A stretch of 64,000 bases of DNA from Deltaproteobacteria bacterium (GCA_031396695.1 JANNLG010000062.1:17746-81745); one strand, 5' to 3'. Counted from the stretch's first letter, positions 39,894 to 50,183 are shown. Translations and numbers: made by a program. Notes: generated by a model not told the origin, from the sequence alone.

Positions 39894-41345
39894 ATGACCC
39901 GACCCGGAACGCCGCGCACCGTACCGCAGCGCAAACAGATCCTCGTCGTCGACGACGCCGAGGTGATTCGCACCTACCTGCGCAACCTGTTGCCCATGAA
40001 GGGCTACGACGTGCTGGTCGCCGAGGATGGGCTGAAGGCAATGGCGCTGCTCAACGGCGGCGCGCGCCCGGACGTGGTCGTGCTCGACGTGATGATGCCC
40101 GGCATCGACGGCATCGAGACGCTGCGCAAGATCAAGCAGCTGATTCCCGAGGTGCCGGTGGTCATGCTCTCCGTCGTCGGCAAGGCGGGCACCGTGGTCG
40201 ACGCCATGAACCTGGGCGCGGCCGACTACATCAACAAGCCGTTCGAGGAAGAAGAGCTCGAGATCGCGCTCAAGAAGGTGCTCGAGGTCGAGAACCTGAA
40301 GGGCGATCGCGACGATCTGCGCGAGCGCCTGCGCGCGCACGAGGCGCGCGAGCGCACCAGCTTCCTGTGGGCGTCCGAGAAGATGACGCGCATCCGCGAC
40401 ATCCTGGAGCAGGTCTCCGACGCGGACGTCACGATCCTGATCCACGGCGAGAGCGGCGTCGGCAAGGAAGTCGTCGCGCGCACCACGCACGAGTTCTCGA
40501 CCCGCCGCGAGCAGCGCTTCGTGAAAGTGAACTGCGCGGCGCTGCCCGAGGAGCTGCTCGAGAGCGAGCTGTTCGGCTACGAGCGCGGCGCCTTCACGGG
40601 CGCGTCGTCGCGCAAGGCCGGCAAGTTCGAGGTCGCCAGCGGCGGCACGATGTTCCTGGACGAGATCGCGGAGATGAGCCCGAAGCTCCAGGCGAAGCTG
40701 CTCCAGGTCCTGCAGGACGGAGAGTTCTCGCGCCTCGGCGGCGATGTGGACGTGCGCGTGGACGTGCGAGTCCTGGCGGCCACCAACCGCAACCTCGAGG
40801 ACATGGTCCGGCAGGGCACCTTCCGCGAGGACCTGTACTACCGGCTGAACGTGGTCAACGTGTGCGTGCCTCCGCTGCGCGAGCGCAAGGAGGAGATCCC
40901 CGTCCTGGTCGAGCACTTCCTGACCATGTACAGCGCCAAGTATGGTCGCGAGCTGCAGGTGATCTCGGACCGGCTGATGCGCGGCTTCCTGGCCTACCGC
41001 TGGCCGGGCAACGTGCGCGAGCTCGAGAACATGATCAAACGCATCGTCGTCCTACAGAGCGAAGATGCGATCGCGGACGAGATTTTCGGAGCGCCCATGC
41101 CGAGCGCCGCAGAGGCGGCCAGCGCACCGGAAGCCGCCGAGCAGCCCGCGGTTGGCGAGGGCGGCGACTCCGGCCCGGTCTCGCTGCGCGACATCGGTCG
41201 CCGCGCGGCCCGCGACGCCGAGCGCGAGGCCCTCAAGCGGGTGCTCTACCAGACCAACTGGAACCGCAAGAAGGCGGCCCGGATCCTGGAGGTCTCGTAC
41301 AAGACACTCCTCCAGAAGATCAAAGAGTGCGGGCTGGGCGAATAG
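39894..41345 (+). CDS. σ54-dependent response regulator (NtrC/PrsR-like: REC + AAA+ + Fis HTH)
   Basis: Receiver Asp (VVLDVMMPG). σ54-interaction GAFTGA motif (ERGAFTGA), GESGVGKE Walker A, C-terminal HTH. Confidence 0.9.
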   Translation: MTRPGTPRTVPQRKQILVVDDAEVIRTYLRNLLPMKGYDVLVAEDGLKAMALLNGGARPDVVVLDVMMPGIDGIETLRKIKQLIPEVPVVMLSVVGKAGTVVDAMNLGAADYINKPFEEEELEIALKKVLEVENLKGDRDDLRERLRAHEARERTSFLWASEKMTRIRDILEQVSDADVTILIHGESGVGKEVVARTTHEFSTRREQRFVKVNCAALPEELLESELFGYERGAFTGASSRKAGKFEVASGGTMFLDEIAEMSPKLQAKLLQVLQDGEFSRLGGDVDVRVDVRVLAATNRNLEDMVRQGTFREDLYYRLNVVNVCVPPLRERKEEIPVLVEHFLTMYSAKYGRELQVISDRLMRGFLAYRWPGNVRELENMIKRIVVLQSEDAIADEIFGAPMPSAAEAASAPEAAEQPAVGEGGDSGPVSLRDIGRRAARDAEREALKRVLYQTNWNRKKAARILEVSYKTLLQKIKECGLGE

Positions 41346-41458
41346 CCTCTTCACGACATCTTCGTTCGCGCAGACACCAGCGCTTCTCGTAATATGTAGC
41401 CATCTTCCCTCCGCCCCCCCCAGGCGGGCGCGCCGGACGTACCGGGCTTCCGGCCGTT

Positions 41459-41474
41459 TGGCACGCTTGTGGCA
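41459..41474 (+). promoter_or_regulatory. σ54 (-24/-12) promoter TGGCACGcttgTGGCA upstream of EPS operon
   Basis: Matches TGGCACG-N4-TTGCA with the GG/GC spacing exact and one mismatch. It lies ~100 nt upstream of 41574. Confidence 0.6.
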
Positions 41475-41573
41475 TGATGCCCGCCCCAGCGATCCCCGGT
41501 GTTTTCTGGGGGGGCCGCCAGGTGTCTCGACCCATGCGAGCGCGATTCGCGCTTGGGAGAGAGAGGATTCGTG

Positions 41574-43049
41574 ATGGCTGCTAGGGACATGCGCAACGAA
41601 GCCGGGATGAGTCTCGGCGATATCTACGGGGTGATGCGCCGCCGGCGCGCATGGTTCCTCGTGCCCACCGTACTCGGGCTGGTCGCCTCGCTCGTGCTCG
41701 CCCTGACGTTGCCTGCGGAGTACGAAGCGGCCGCGACCGTCACCGTCGAGCCGCCCGTGATCCCGGACAAGCTGGCGCCCAACACGATCGCGTCCGACAC
41801 CGAAACCCGCTACGAGAACTTGAAGCTGCAGCTGCTCGCACGCGACAGCCTGTCCAGCATCATCACCGACTTCAACCTGTTCGAAGGCGCCACCAGCGCG
41901 CGCGAGGTCCAGGTCGAGGAGCTGCGCCAGCGCATCTCGATCGCGCCGCTGCCGCCCGCGATCGTCGATCCGCGCAAGCCGGTCGAGCTGAACTCGTTCC
42001 GTGTCTCGTTCCGCTGGTCGAGCCCGAAGATCGCCGCCGAGGTCTCCAACCGGCTGGCGCGCGACTTCATCTCCGCCAACCTGCGCGACCGCACCAGCCT
42101 GGCCGACGGCACCATGGAGTTCTTCGATCAGCAGCTGCAGAAGGCGCGCGCGGGCCTCGCGGACGTCGCGCGGCAGATCACCGACTACAAGGAGAACTTC
42201 CAGGGCGAGCTGCCCGAGCAGCTGCTGATCAACCGCGATCGGCTGGAGCGCAACCGCATCGACCTGGCGAGCACCGAGTCCAAGCTCGAGACCGCGCGCG
42301 ACCAGGGCCGGTTGCTGACGCAGTCGATCCAGGAGATGCGCATCGCGAGCTCGTCGGACGAGAGCGACCCCAGCCGGCGCAAGAAGGCGCTGGCGATGGA
42401 CCTGAACCGGCAGCTCGCGCTGGGCAAGACCGAGAAGCACCCCGACATCATCCACACGCGCGCCGAGATCGCGCAGCTCGAAGACCTGCTGGCCGCGACG
42501 GCGGACGAGCCGGCGGCCGCCTCGCGCGAAGAGCTCGAGATGCGCGACAAGCTGCGCGACTACGAGGTCGAAGCGAAGGTGCTGGCGGGCGAGGTGGAGC
42601 GGCTGAAGGCTGACATCGCCGAGTACGAGCAGCGCATCGAGAACACGCCGCGGCGCGCCGCGGAGCTCGATCACCTGGAGCAGCAGTACAAGAACATCAA
42701 CGAGTCGATCCGCATGCTGCAGCTGAAGCAGGTCGACGCGGAGATCGGCAAGACGATCGAGACCAACAACAAGGGCGAGCGCTTCCGGGTGGTGGAATCG
42801 GCGGAAATCCCGACCGCGCCGATCAGCCCGAATCGCCCGGTCTGGTTCACCGCGGGCACGCTGCTCGGCATGATGCTCGGGCTCGGTCTGCTCGTGCTGC
42901 GGGAGATGAGCGACCGCAGCTTCCACAGCGTGATGGACCTGCAGAACTCGCTCGGCCTGCCGGTGCTCGCGGCCGTGCCCGAGACCGCGCTCGCGGCGCG
43001 TTCGTCGGGACGCTTCCGCTTGCCGCGCTTCGGAGCCGCGCGTGTATAA
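41574..43049 (+). CDS. Polysaccharide chain-length determinant (Wzz/GumC-like; PEP-CTERM-locus EpsF type)
   Basis: An N-terminal TM is followed by a long periplasmic coiled-coil and a C-terminal TM (PNRPVWFTAGTLLGMMLGLGLL). Confidence 0.8.
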   Translation: MAARDMRNEAGMSLGDIYGVMRRRRAWFLVPTVLGLVASLVLALTLPAEYEAAATVTVEPPVIPDKLAPNTIASDTETRYENLKLQLLARDSLSSIITDFNLFEGATSAREVQVEELRQRISIAPLPPAIVDPRKPVELNSFRVSFRWSSPKIAAEVSNRLARDFISANLRDRTSLADGTMEFFDQQLQKARAGLADVARQITDYKENFQGELPEQLLINRDRLERNRIDLASTESKLETARDQGRLLTQSIQEMRIASSSDESDPSRRKKALAMDLNRQLALGKTEKHPDIIHTRAEIAQLEDLLAATADEPAAASREELEMRDKLRDYEVEAKVLAGEVERLKADIAEYEQRIENTPRRAAELDHLEQQYKNINESIRMLQLKQVDAEIGKTIETNNKGERFRVVESAEIPTAPISPNRPVWFTAGTLLGMMLGLGLLVLREMSDRSFHSVMDLQNSLGLPVLAAVPETALAARSSGRFRLPRFGAARV

Positions 43050-43968
43050 CCGCTTCTTCGGCTTCGATCGCGATCCGTTCCGCGTGAACCCGGATCCGAG
43101 CTTCCTCTTCATGTCGGAAGGACACGCGGAGGCCTTGGCCACGCTCGTGTACGCCGTGCAGGAACGGAAGGGCTTCATCACGCTCACGGGCGAGGTCGGC
43201 ACCGGCAAGACCACGATCCTGAACGCGCTGCTCCGGAAGCTCGAGTCGAACGTGCAGACCGCCTTCATCTTCAACACCGCGCTCGAGGTCGAAGATCTGT
43301 TCGCGACGCTGTTCGAGGAGCTCGAGCTCGAGCCCGTGCAGCCGTTTCGCAAGAGCACCGCGCTCTCGCGCCTGAACCGCTACCTGATCGAGCGGCTCGA
43401 GCGCGGCCAGCAGACGCTCCTGATCGTCGACGAGGCGCAGAACCTCTCCGAAGCGCTGCTCGAAGAAATTCGCATGCTCTCGAACCTCGAGACGCCGCAG
43501 TCGAAGCTCCTGCAGATCATGCTGGTCGGTCAGCCGGAGCTCGGCGAGAAGCTGGCGCGCCCGCAGCTCCGCCAGCTCCGCCAGCGCGTCGAGCTGCGGC
43601 ACGCGATCCGGCCGCTGCACGCGCAGGAGACCGCGGCGTACCTGCGCGAGCGGCAGCTCGTGGCCGGGCACGCGCGCGGCGACGTGTTCACCGCCGCGGC
43701 CGAGCGCGCGGTGTTCCGCTTCTCGCGCGGAATTCCGCGCGTGATCAACGTGCTGTGCGACAACGCGCTGATCGTCGCGTTCTCGCGCCAGTCCGAGCGC
43801 GTCTCGGCGCAGATGATCGAGGACGCCGCGCGCGACCTCGGTCTGGCGGAAGATTCCGCGGGACCGCAGTTCCCGCGCGAGGACGCGCGTGTCGAACGCG
43901 AAACACGACCGGGGTTCCTGCGAAGGCTGTGGCGCCGGCGTGCGCTGCAGGCCGCGCCCGAGCTGTAG
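43042..43968 (+). CDS. ExeA/GspA-like AAA ATPase (exosortase-system-associated ATPase type)
   Basis: Walker A GEVGTGKTT and Walker B LLIVDEAQ. The size and context match PEP-CTERM locus ATPases. Confidence 0.75.
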   Translation: MYNRFFGFDRDPFRVNPDPSFLFMSEGHAEALATLVYAVQERKGFITLTGEVGTGKTTILNALLRKLESNVQTAFIFNTALEVEDLFATLFEELELEPVQPFRKSTALSRLNRYLIERLERGQQTLLIVDEAQNLSEALLEEIRMLSNLETPQSKLLQIMLVGQPELGEKLARPQLRQLRQRVELRHAIRPLHAQETAAYLRERQLVAGHARGDVFTAAAERAVFRFSRGIPRVINVLCDNALIVAFSRQSERVSAQMIEDAARDLGLAEDSAGPQFPREDARVERETRPGFLRRLWRRRALQAAPEL

Positions 43969-43986
43969 CTCGAGGGAGGATCGTTC

Positions 43987-44826
43987 ATGGGCAAGATTCA
44001 CGACGCGCTGCGGAAGGCCGAGGAGATGCGCCACGGCGCTCCGGCCGCGGACGAAGTCACCACCGAGATCGCGAGCAACCCGCTCGCGCCGGCGCTGCCT
44101 CGCGCGGCCAAGCCGTCGCTCGGCTGGCTCGCGCGGCGCAAGGCCAAGCGCCCCACGCCCCGCGCGCGCGAAGCCGCGATCACGACCGGCGAGGCGACGC
44201 TCTCCGAGGAGTACCGGACGCTGCGCGCGCGCATCCAGTCGCTGCGCCGCACGCGCGAGCTGCGCTCGATCGTGATCACGTCCACGCGCCCGGGCGAGGG
44301 CAAGACGACCACCGCGGCCAATCTCGCGCTCGGTTTCGGCCTGGAACGCGAAGGCCTCACCTGCCTGGTCGACGCAGATCTGCGTACCCCGCGCGTGCAC
44401 CAGGTGTTCCGCGGCGCGGGCCAGGTCGGTCTCGCGGAGGTGCTCGAAGGTGACGCGAAGCTCGACGAAGCGCTGGTGGCCGTTCCGGACACGCGCCTGA
44501 TGGTGCTGCCGGTGCGCGCGCTGCCGACCGCGCCGTCGGAGCTCCTGGCATCGCGCGCGATGCGCGAGCTGGTCGCGGAGCTCCACACCCGCTTCCACAC
44601 CGTGATCTTCGACACGCCGCCGGTGCTCGGCCTGCCCGACACTGTCACGCTCGTGGACCTGTGCGACGCGACGCTGTTCGTGGTCGGAGCGGGCATCGCG
44701 CCGCGCGACGAGGTCGAGTCCGCGCTCGAGCGACTCGACGCGGGCAAGGTGGTCGGCGTGGTGCTGAATCGCTGCGCGAACAGCGAAGTTCCATACGCGG
44801 GCTCCTACGGCTACGGCAAGAGCTGA
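43987..44826 (+). CDS. BY-kinase (CpsD/CapB-type tyrosine autokinase, separate from Wzz part)
   Basis: Walker A' and A (ITSTRPGEGKTT), Walker B (LVDADL), and a C-terminal Tyr cluster YAGSYGYGKS. Confidence 0.8.
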   Translation: MGKIHDALRKAEEMRHGAPAADEVTTEIASNPLAPALPRAAKPSLGWLARRKAKRPTPRAREAAITTGEATLSEEYRTLRARIQSLRRTRELRSIVITSTRPGEGKTTTAANLALGFGLEREGLTCLVDADLRTPRVHQVFRGAGQVGLAEVLEGDAKLDEALVAVPDTRLMVLPVRALPTAPSELLASRAMRELVAELHTRFHTVIFDTPPVLGLPDTVTLVDLCDATLFVVGAGIAPRDEVESALERLDAGKVVGVVLNRCANSEVPYAGSYGYGKS

Positions 44827-44859
44827 GCGCAGGGGCGCGCGGTCGGAGGCGCAAGCGCA

Positions 44860-46035
44860 ATGGCGACATTCGCAGCGATTCTGATCGTTCCCTGGTTGTT
44901 GGCCCTGGTGCTGACGCCGTGGGTGATTCGCGTGGCGCAGGCGCGCGGCTATCTCGATCACCCGACCGCGCGCAAGGCGCACAAGGCGCCGGTCGCGATG
45001 TTCGGCGGCGTGGCGGTGTTCGGCTCGATCGTGCTCGGGCTGCTCGCGCTCGCGCCGTTCGTGGCTCCGATTCGCACGGCGCTGGTCGGCTACGAATCGC
45101 TGGGCGCGCTGTGCCTCGGTACCGCGCTGATGGTCGCGCTCGGCGGCTACGACGACCTGTACGACATGCGCCCGATGCACAAGCTCAGCGGCCAGATCGT
45201 GATCGCGGCGCTGACCTGGGCGATGGGTTTCCGCGTCGGCGCGATCGAGCTGCCGTTCGAGCTGTTCCTGACCGCGGCCGCGCCGGTTTCGCTGCTCGTG
45301 ACGGTGGCCTGGATCGTGATCGTGTCGAACGCCTTCAACCTGATCGACGGCATCGACGGGCTCACCGCGGGTGTCTCGGTGATCACGGCGCTGACTGTCT
45401 TCCTGCTCGCGAACCAGAACGGCGCGACCGTGCCGGTGATCGCGGCGCTCGCGCTGTCGGGGGCGCTCGCGGGTTTCCTGCGCTTCAACCTGCCGCCGGC
45501 ACGCATCTTTCTCGGTGACGCCGGCGCGCTCTCGATCGGCTACCTGACCGCCGTGCTGGCGATGGCGTCGTACCAGAAGTCTCCCGCGGCGGTCGCGCTG
45601 ATCGTGCCGCTGCTGGTGCTCGGACTCCCGCTGCTCGACTCGATCCTGGCGGTGATCCGGCGCGGTCTCGTGCACCTGCGCACGCGCGGCACCGAGGGAC
45701 TTCGGCCCGGCGCGATCCTGCGCGCCGTCACGCTCGCGGATCGCGGTCACCTGCACCACCTGCTGTTGCGCAACGGTCTCTCGGTGCCCGAGTCACTGGC
45801 GATCCTGTACGCGGTCTGCATCGCGCTCGCGGTGATCGGACTCGGGACGCGCGACGAGAGCTCGACGCTGCGCTGGGGTCTGTTCGCGGCGCTGATCGCG
45901 GCGGGCTACGCGGCGCTGCGCGCGCTCGAGCGGCGCGCCGTGCGACGCGATTCGGACCTGCAGGCGCGCTCGGCCGCCGAAGCCGGGACGGGGCCGGCGC
46001 GGATCCCGGAGGAGAGCCGGCGCATCGCCGGCTGA
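44860..46035 (+). CDS. Undecaprenyl-phosphate sugar-1-phosphate transferase (WecA/MraY family)
   Basis: Multi-TM. NAFNLIDGIDGL motif and a DD dyad (GGYDDLYD). Confidence 0.85.
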   Translation: MATFAAILIVPWLLALVLTPWVIRVAQARGYLDHPTARKAHKAPVAMFGGVAVFGSIVLGLLALAPFVAPIRTALVGYESLGALCLGTALMVALGGYDDLYDMRPMHKLSGQIVIAALTWAMGFRVGAIELPFELFLTAAAPVSLLVTVAWIVIVSNAFNLIDGIDGLTAGVSVITALTVFLLANQNGATVPVIAALALSGALAGFLRFNLPPARIFLGDAGALSIGYLTAVLAMASYQKSPAAVALIVPLLVLGLPLLDSILAVIRRGLVHLRTRGTEGLRPGAILRAVTLADRGHLHHLLLRNGLSVPESLAILYAVCIALAVIGLGTRDESSTLRWGLFAALIAAGYAALRALERRAVRRDSDLQARSAAEAGTGPARIPEESRRIAG

Positions 46036-46043
46036 CGACGCGA

Positions 46044-47468
46044 ATGCTCGAACATCTCGCATACCCGTACATCGCGCTCGTGATGCTGGTCGTGGCGATG
46101 TTCTTCTGGCGTCCGATCTGGGGACTCGCGCTGCTGGTCGCGATCTTCCCGATGGACGCCTGGGCGCCGCGGCTGCCGGTACCGGGCGTCAACACCGAGA
46201 CGATCATGATCGGCGTCGCGTTCGCGGTCACCGTGCTGCGCTTCGGCGGACGCATACCGCCGCTGCGCTACTCGGGTCCGGTGTTCGCTTTCATCGGCGT
46301 GATGCTGATCGCGTTCGTGGTCTCGATCCCGTGGGCGAGCGGCATGCGCGCCGTCGATGGTGGACCGGCCATCTGGTACAACTTCAAGACGGTGAAGAGC
46401 TCCACCTTCACCGCGCTGCTGTTCTTCATCGCGTACTGGTGGGTTCGAACGCCGGAAGACCGGCAGCGCATGTTCGGGGCGATCTGCGTCGCGGTGTTCC
46501 TGGCCTCGGTCGCAGGCATCGCAGACTTCGCGATCGGCATCAACCCGCGCGTTTCCGACGGGCGCGCGAACGGATTCCTCGACAACGCGAACGCCATGGC
46601 GGAGACGATCGGACCGATGCTGTTCGTGCCGCTCTACCTGCTGATGCAGGGCCGGGAGATCAGCTGGAGCCTGCGCGCGTTCAGCGTCGCGACCTACGCG
46701 CTCGGAATCGTCGCGCTCGTGCTTTCGGTGTCGCGCGGAAACTGGCTCGCGTTCGTGGCCGGGCACGTGGTGTTCCTGATGCTCGTGAACCGCAAGCTGC
46801 TGGTCGGCGCGGTCGCGGTCGGCGCGATCCTGATCGCGCTCGGTGCACCGCTCGTGCCGGCGATCGTGAGCGACCGCCTCGAGTCCACCACCGCGGCGGG
46901 ACCCGCGGTGTACCAGGTCCCGCTCGCGGTCGGCCTCGAGGGCTCCACCGCCATGCGCGTCGTGTTCGCGAAGATCGGTCTCGACATGCTCGCGATCTCG
47001 CCGGTCTGGGGCAACGGACTGAACGCGTTCCACCTGCGCACACCGGAGTTCGGCGCCAAGTACGGACTGCTCACGCACAAGGATCCACACATCCTGCTGG
47101 TGCGATTCGCCGCCGAGATGGGGTTGGCCGGGTTGATCATGCTGGCGTGGCTGGTCTGGGCGGTGTTCCGCTGCGGCCGGACGCTCTGGCGCTCGGACTC
47201 GCCGGCGTACATGCTCGGCGCGGTCCTGCTCGCCGCGTCTTCGTACAATTTCGTGTCCAACCTGGCGTCGACGACGTTCCTGCAGGTGGCTCAGGTCTCC
47301 GCGCAGTTCTGGATCCTGTTCGCAATCGCCGCGCGCGCCAGCGCGGAGCGCTTCACGGAACGAGAGGCGCCCGAGGCCGTAACCTCACGCGTGCCGGTCG
47401 GATGGCGCCGGTTCGCTCGAGCGACGCCGGTCCCGCTGCGTCAGCCCGCGACGCAGTCCCGCGCCTGA
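46044..47468 (+). CDS. O-antigen ligase/Wzy-like polymerase family membrane protein
   Basis: ~10–12 TM segments with a large periplasmic loop. It sits next to the WecA-like gene. Confidence 0.65.
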   Translation: MLEHLAYPYIALVMLVVAMFFWRPIWGLALLVAIFPMDAWAPRLPVPGVNTETIMIGVAFAVTVLRFGGRIPPLRYSGPVFAFIGVMLIAFVVSIPWASGMRAVDGGPAIWYNFKTVKSSTFTALLFFIAYWWVRTPEDRQRMFGAICVAVFLASVAGIADFAIGINPRVSDGRANGFLDNANAMAETIGPMLFVPLYLLMQGREISWSLRAFSVATYALGIVALVLSVSRGNWLAFVAGHVVFLMLVNRKLLVGAVAVGAILIALGAPLVPAIVSDRLESTTAAGPAVYQVPLAVGLEGSTAMRVVFAKIGLDMLAISPVWGNGLNAFHLRTPEFGAKYGLLTHKDPHILLVRFAAEMGLAGLIMLAWLVWAVFRCGRTLWRSDSPAYMLGAVLLAASSYNFVSNLASTTFLQVAQVSAQFWILFAIAARASAERFTEREAPEAVTSRVPVGWRRFARATPVPLRQPATQSRA

Positions 47469-47482
47469 AGGCCTCGATCGGC

Positions 47483-47860
47483 TCAGGTCTTCGGCGGGCG
47501 AGTTCCGTCCGCGGCCGGCGCGCGGCCGTAGTCGTCCTGCAGGCGGACGACGTCCTCGAGCTCGGGCGTGGAAACCTCGCACAGCTCGCAATCGACCAGG
47601 GCCTCGAAGCGGTGGCGGCGTCCCGGCTCGATGCGCGCGCTGTCGCCGGGTCGAAGCTCGCGGAGCTCGAGCTCACCCGCGTCGTTCTCGAGCGTCAGCC
47701 GCAGTGCGCCGCGCAACAGGTAGATCGCCTCGTCCTTCTGCCGGTGGAACTGCAGCGAGAGCCGCTCGCCGGCGCGAATCGCCAGGATCTTCCCCAGATA
47801 GCGGGGAGTCTCGGCCCAGATCTCCTCGTGGCCCCACGGCTTTTCGACCCTTCGCGACAT
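47483..47860 (-). CDS. Small cupin-domain protein (mannose-6-P isomerase-like cupin)
   Basis: EKPWGHEE…G.…Q.H…E cupin motifs. Start at internal ATG. Confidence 0.6.
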   Translation of the reverse strand: MSRRVEKPWGHEEIWAETPRYLGKILAIRAGERLSLQFHRQKDEAIYLLRGALRLTLENDAGELELRELRPGDSARIEPGRRHRFEALVDCELCEVSTPELEDVVRLQDDYGRAPAADGTRPPKT

Positions 47861-48024
47861 CCGGAGCAAGCTACCACGGGGGTGCCGAGGCTTGGAACCG
47901 CGGCCGCCGCTGCGCACCGGTTGCAGATGAGTCGCCGGCGACCGCTTTTCGGAACTCGCCTACCCAGCCCGCCCGCGCGCGCCCGGGCGCCGGCTCAGCG
48001 GGTGGCCGGGGGCGTCCATATACT

Positions 48025-48040
48025 TGGCACGCTTGTCGCA
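48025..48040 (+). promoter_or_regulatory. σ54 (-24/-12) promoter TGGCACGcttgTCGCA upstream of second σ54 activator gene
   Basis: Identical to the 41459 element except for one base. It lies 45 nt upstream of the ATG at 48085. Confidence 0.6.
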
Positions 48041-48084
48041 CACCCCCTCGCGGTCACCTACCGGCTTCGCCGGATCGGACCCCC

Positions 48085-49521
48085 ATGAATCCTCCTCACA
48101 GACTGCTGGTCGTCGATGACAGCGCGGGCGTGCGAGCCTGGCTGGAAGCCTTCGCGCGCGAGCTCGGCTACGAGGTCACCTGCGCCGGATCTGGCGAGGA
48201 AGCGGTCGAGAGCTTCCGTGCGCGCCAGCCCGACCTCGTGACGCTCGACCTCTCGCTGCCCGGGATGGACGGGATCGCGACGCTCTGCGCGCTGCGCGAG
48301 ATCGCACCCCAGGTGCCGGTAATCATGCTCTCGGGCGTGGCCGACACGCGCGCGATCGCGCACGCGGTGAAGCACGGCGCGACCGACTTCCTGCGCAAGC
48401 CGTTCGAGGCCGAGGAGCTCGAGGCCGCCTTCGCCAAGGCGCTGCGCCGCCGCGAGCCCGTGAAGGAACCGCCGGTCAACGCGGACCGGGCGTTCTCGGC
48501 CGACCCGACCGCGCCGGTCGGCGTTCTGTCGAGCGGCCAGTGCGCGAAGATGCGCCTGGTCGAGGACATGATCGACCACGTCGCCGACACCGACGTCACC
48601 GTGCTGATCCGCGGCGAGAGCGGCACGGGCAAGGAGCTGGTCGCGCGCACGCTGCACGCGCGCTCGGGCCGCGCGCAGCGCGCGTTCGTGAAGGTGAACT
48701 GCGCGGCGCTGCCGTCGGAGCTGCTCGAGAGTGAGCTGTTCGGCTACGAACGCGGCGCTTTCACGGGCGCCGAGAAGCGGCGGCTGGGCAAGTTCGAGCT
48801 GGCCAACGGCGGCACGATCTTCCTGGACGAGATCAGCGAAGTGCACCCGAGCCTGCAGGCGAAGCTGCTGCAGGTTCTGCAGGACGGACACTTCTCGCGG
48901 CTGGGCGGCGAGACCGACATCTCCGTCGACGCGCGCGTGATCGCGGCGTCGAACCGCAACCTGGAGAACGCCGTGCGCGAGAGCGCGTTTCGCGCGGACC
49001 TGTTCTACCGCCTGAACGTGGTCACGATCAGCCTCCCGCCGCTGCGCGAGCGCCGCGAGGAGATCCCGTTCCTGACCGACTTCTTCTTCGAGCGCTACGC
49101 GCGCGAGTACGGCAAGCCCGAGGCGATCGTGTCCGCGGAGCTGCGCCAGACGCTGCAGACCTACGATTGGCCCGGCAACATCCGCGAGCTCGAGAATCTG
49201 GTGAAGCGCGTGGTAGTACTCGGCGCCGCCGCGCCCGTGTTGCAGGAATTGCGCGCGCGCGCGGCCGAGCTGCGCGTGCCCGCGGTCGCGGCCTGGTCGG
49301 CGCCGGCCAGCGAGCTCGACCGCTTCCTCTCCGGCGAGACCGATCGCGTGAGTTTGAAGCAAGTCGGCCGCGAGGCCGCCCAAGTGGCCGAGGCGCGGCT
49401 GATCGCCAAGGTGCTCGAGCGCACGCGCTGGAATCGCAAGGAAGCCGCCGAGATTTTGCAGATCAGCTACAAGGCCCTGCTCTACAAGATGAAGGACGCG
49501 GGTCTGGCGAACGCGCCCTAG
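48085..49521 (+). CDS. σ54-dependent response regulator (orphan NtrC-family, REC + AAA+ + HTH)
   Basis: Receiver (LVTLDLSLPGMDG), GESGTGKE Walker A, ERGAFTGA motif, Fis-type HTH. Confidence 0.9.
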   Translation: MNPPHRLLVVDDSAGVRAWLEAFARELGYEVTCAGSGEEAVESFRARQPDLVTLDLSLPGMDGIATLCALREIAPQVPVIMLSGVADTRAIAHAVKHGATDFLRKPFEAEELEAAFAKALRRREPVKEPPVNADRAFSADPTAPVGVLSSGQCAKMRLVEDMIDHVADTDVTVLIRGESGTGKELVARTLHARSGRAQRAFVKVNCAALPSELLESELFGYERGAFTGAEKRRLGKFELANGGTIFLDEISEVHPSLQAKLLQVLQDGHFSRLGGETDISVDARVIAASNRNLENAVRESAFRADLFYRLNVVTISLPPLRERREEIPFLTDFFFERYAREYGKPEAIVSAELRQTLQTYDWPGNIRELENLVKRVVVLGAAAPVLQELRARAAELRVPAVAAWSAPASELDRFLSGETDRVSLKQVGREAAQVAEARLIAKVLERTRWNRKEAAEILQISYKALLYKMKDAGLANAP

Positions 49522-49545
49522 CCCGCACCGGAGGACACTCGACCA

Positions 49546-50183
49546 TGACCCGACACGGCAATTTCGGAAGAGCGCTCGTCGCGGCGCTGGTCGCGCTCGG
49601 CCTGTCGGCCTGCGCCGGCACCGCACGCGAACAGCCCACCGCCGCGCAGCTGGAAACCGTCGCGGTGCAGTCGCAAGAGGAGTACGTGATCGGCCCGCGC
49701 GACGTGCTGACGATCGTAGTCTGGAAAGAGCCGGAGCTCTCGATTCCGCGCATCGAAGTGCGCCTGGACGGCAAGATCTCCGTGCCGCTGATCGACGACG
49801 TGCAGGCGGCCGGCCGCACCCCTCTGCAGCTCAAGGAAGACATCACCGCAAAGCTGAAGGAGTACGTCACCGCGCCGGTGGTGACGGTCGTGGTCGCGAG
49901 CGTCGGCTCGAAGCTCGTCTACATCATCGGCGAGGTCACGCGCGAGGGTCCGATCAACATGCAGCCGGACATGCGCGTGCTCGACGCGATCAGCTTGGCC
50001 GGCGGCCTGAATCCCTTCGCCGGCAAGAGCCGGATCAAGGTGATCCGCAGCCAAGGCACCGCCCCCTCGGAGTTCACCTTCGACTATGATCGTTTCGTCG
50101 ACGGCCAGGACCTCGCGCAGAACATCCTGTTGATTCCTGGAGATACGATTGTCGTCCCCGAAGAACGCCCTTTCTGGCGCTAG
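49546..50183 (+). CDS. Polysaccharide export protein (Wza/GumB family, SLBB domain) lipoprotein
   Basis: Lipobox LSAC. Poly_export and SLBB sequence (…IGPRDVLTIVVW…). Confidence 0.8.
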
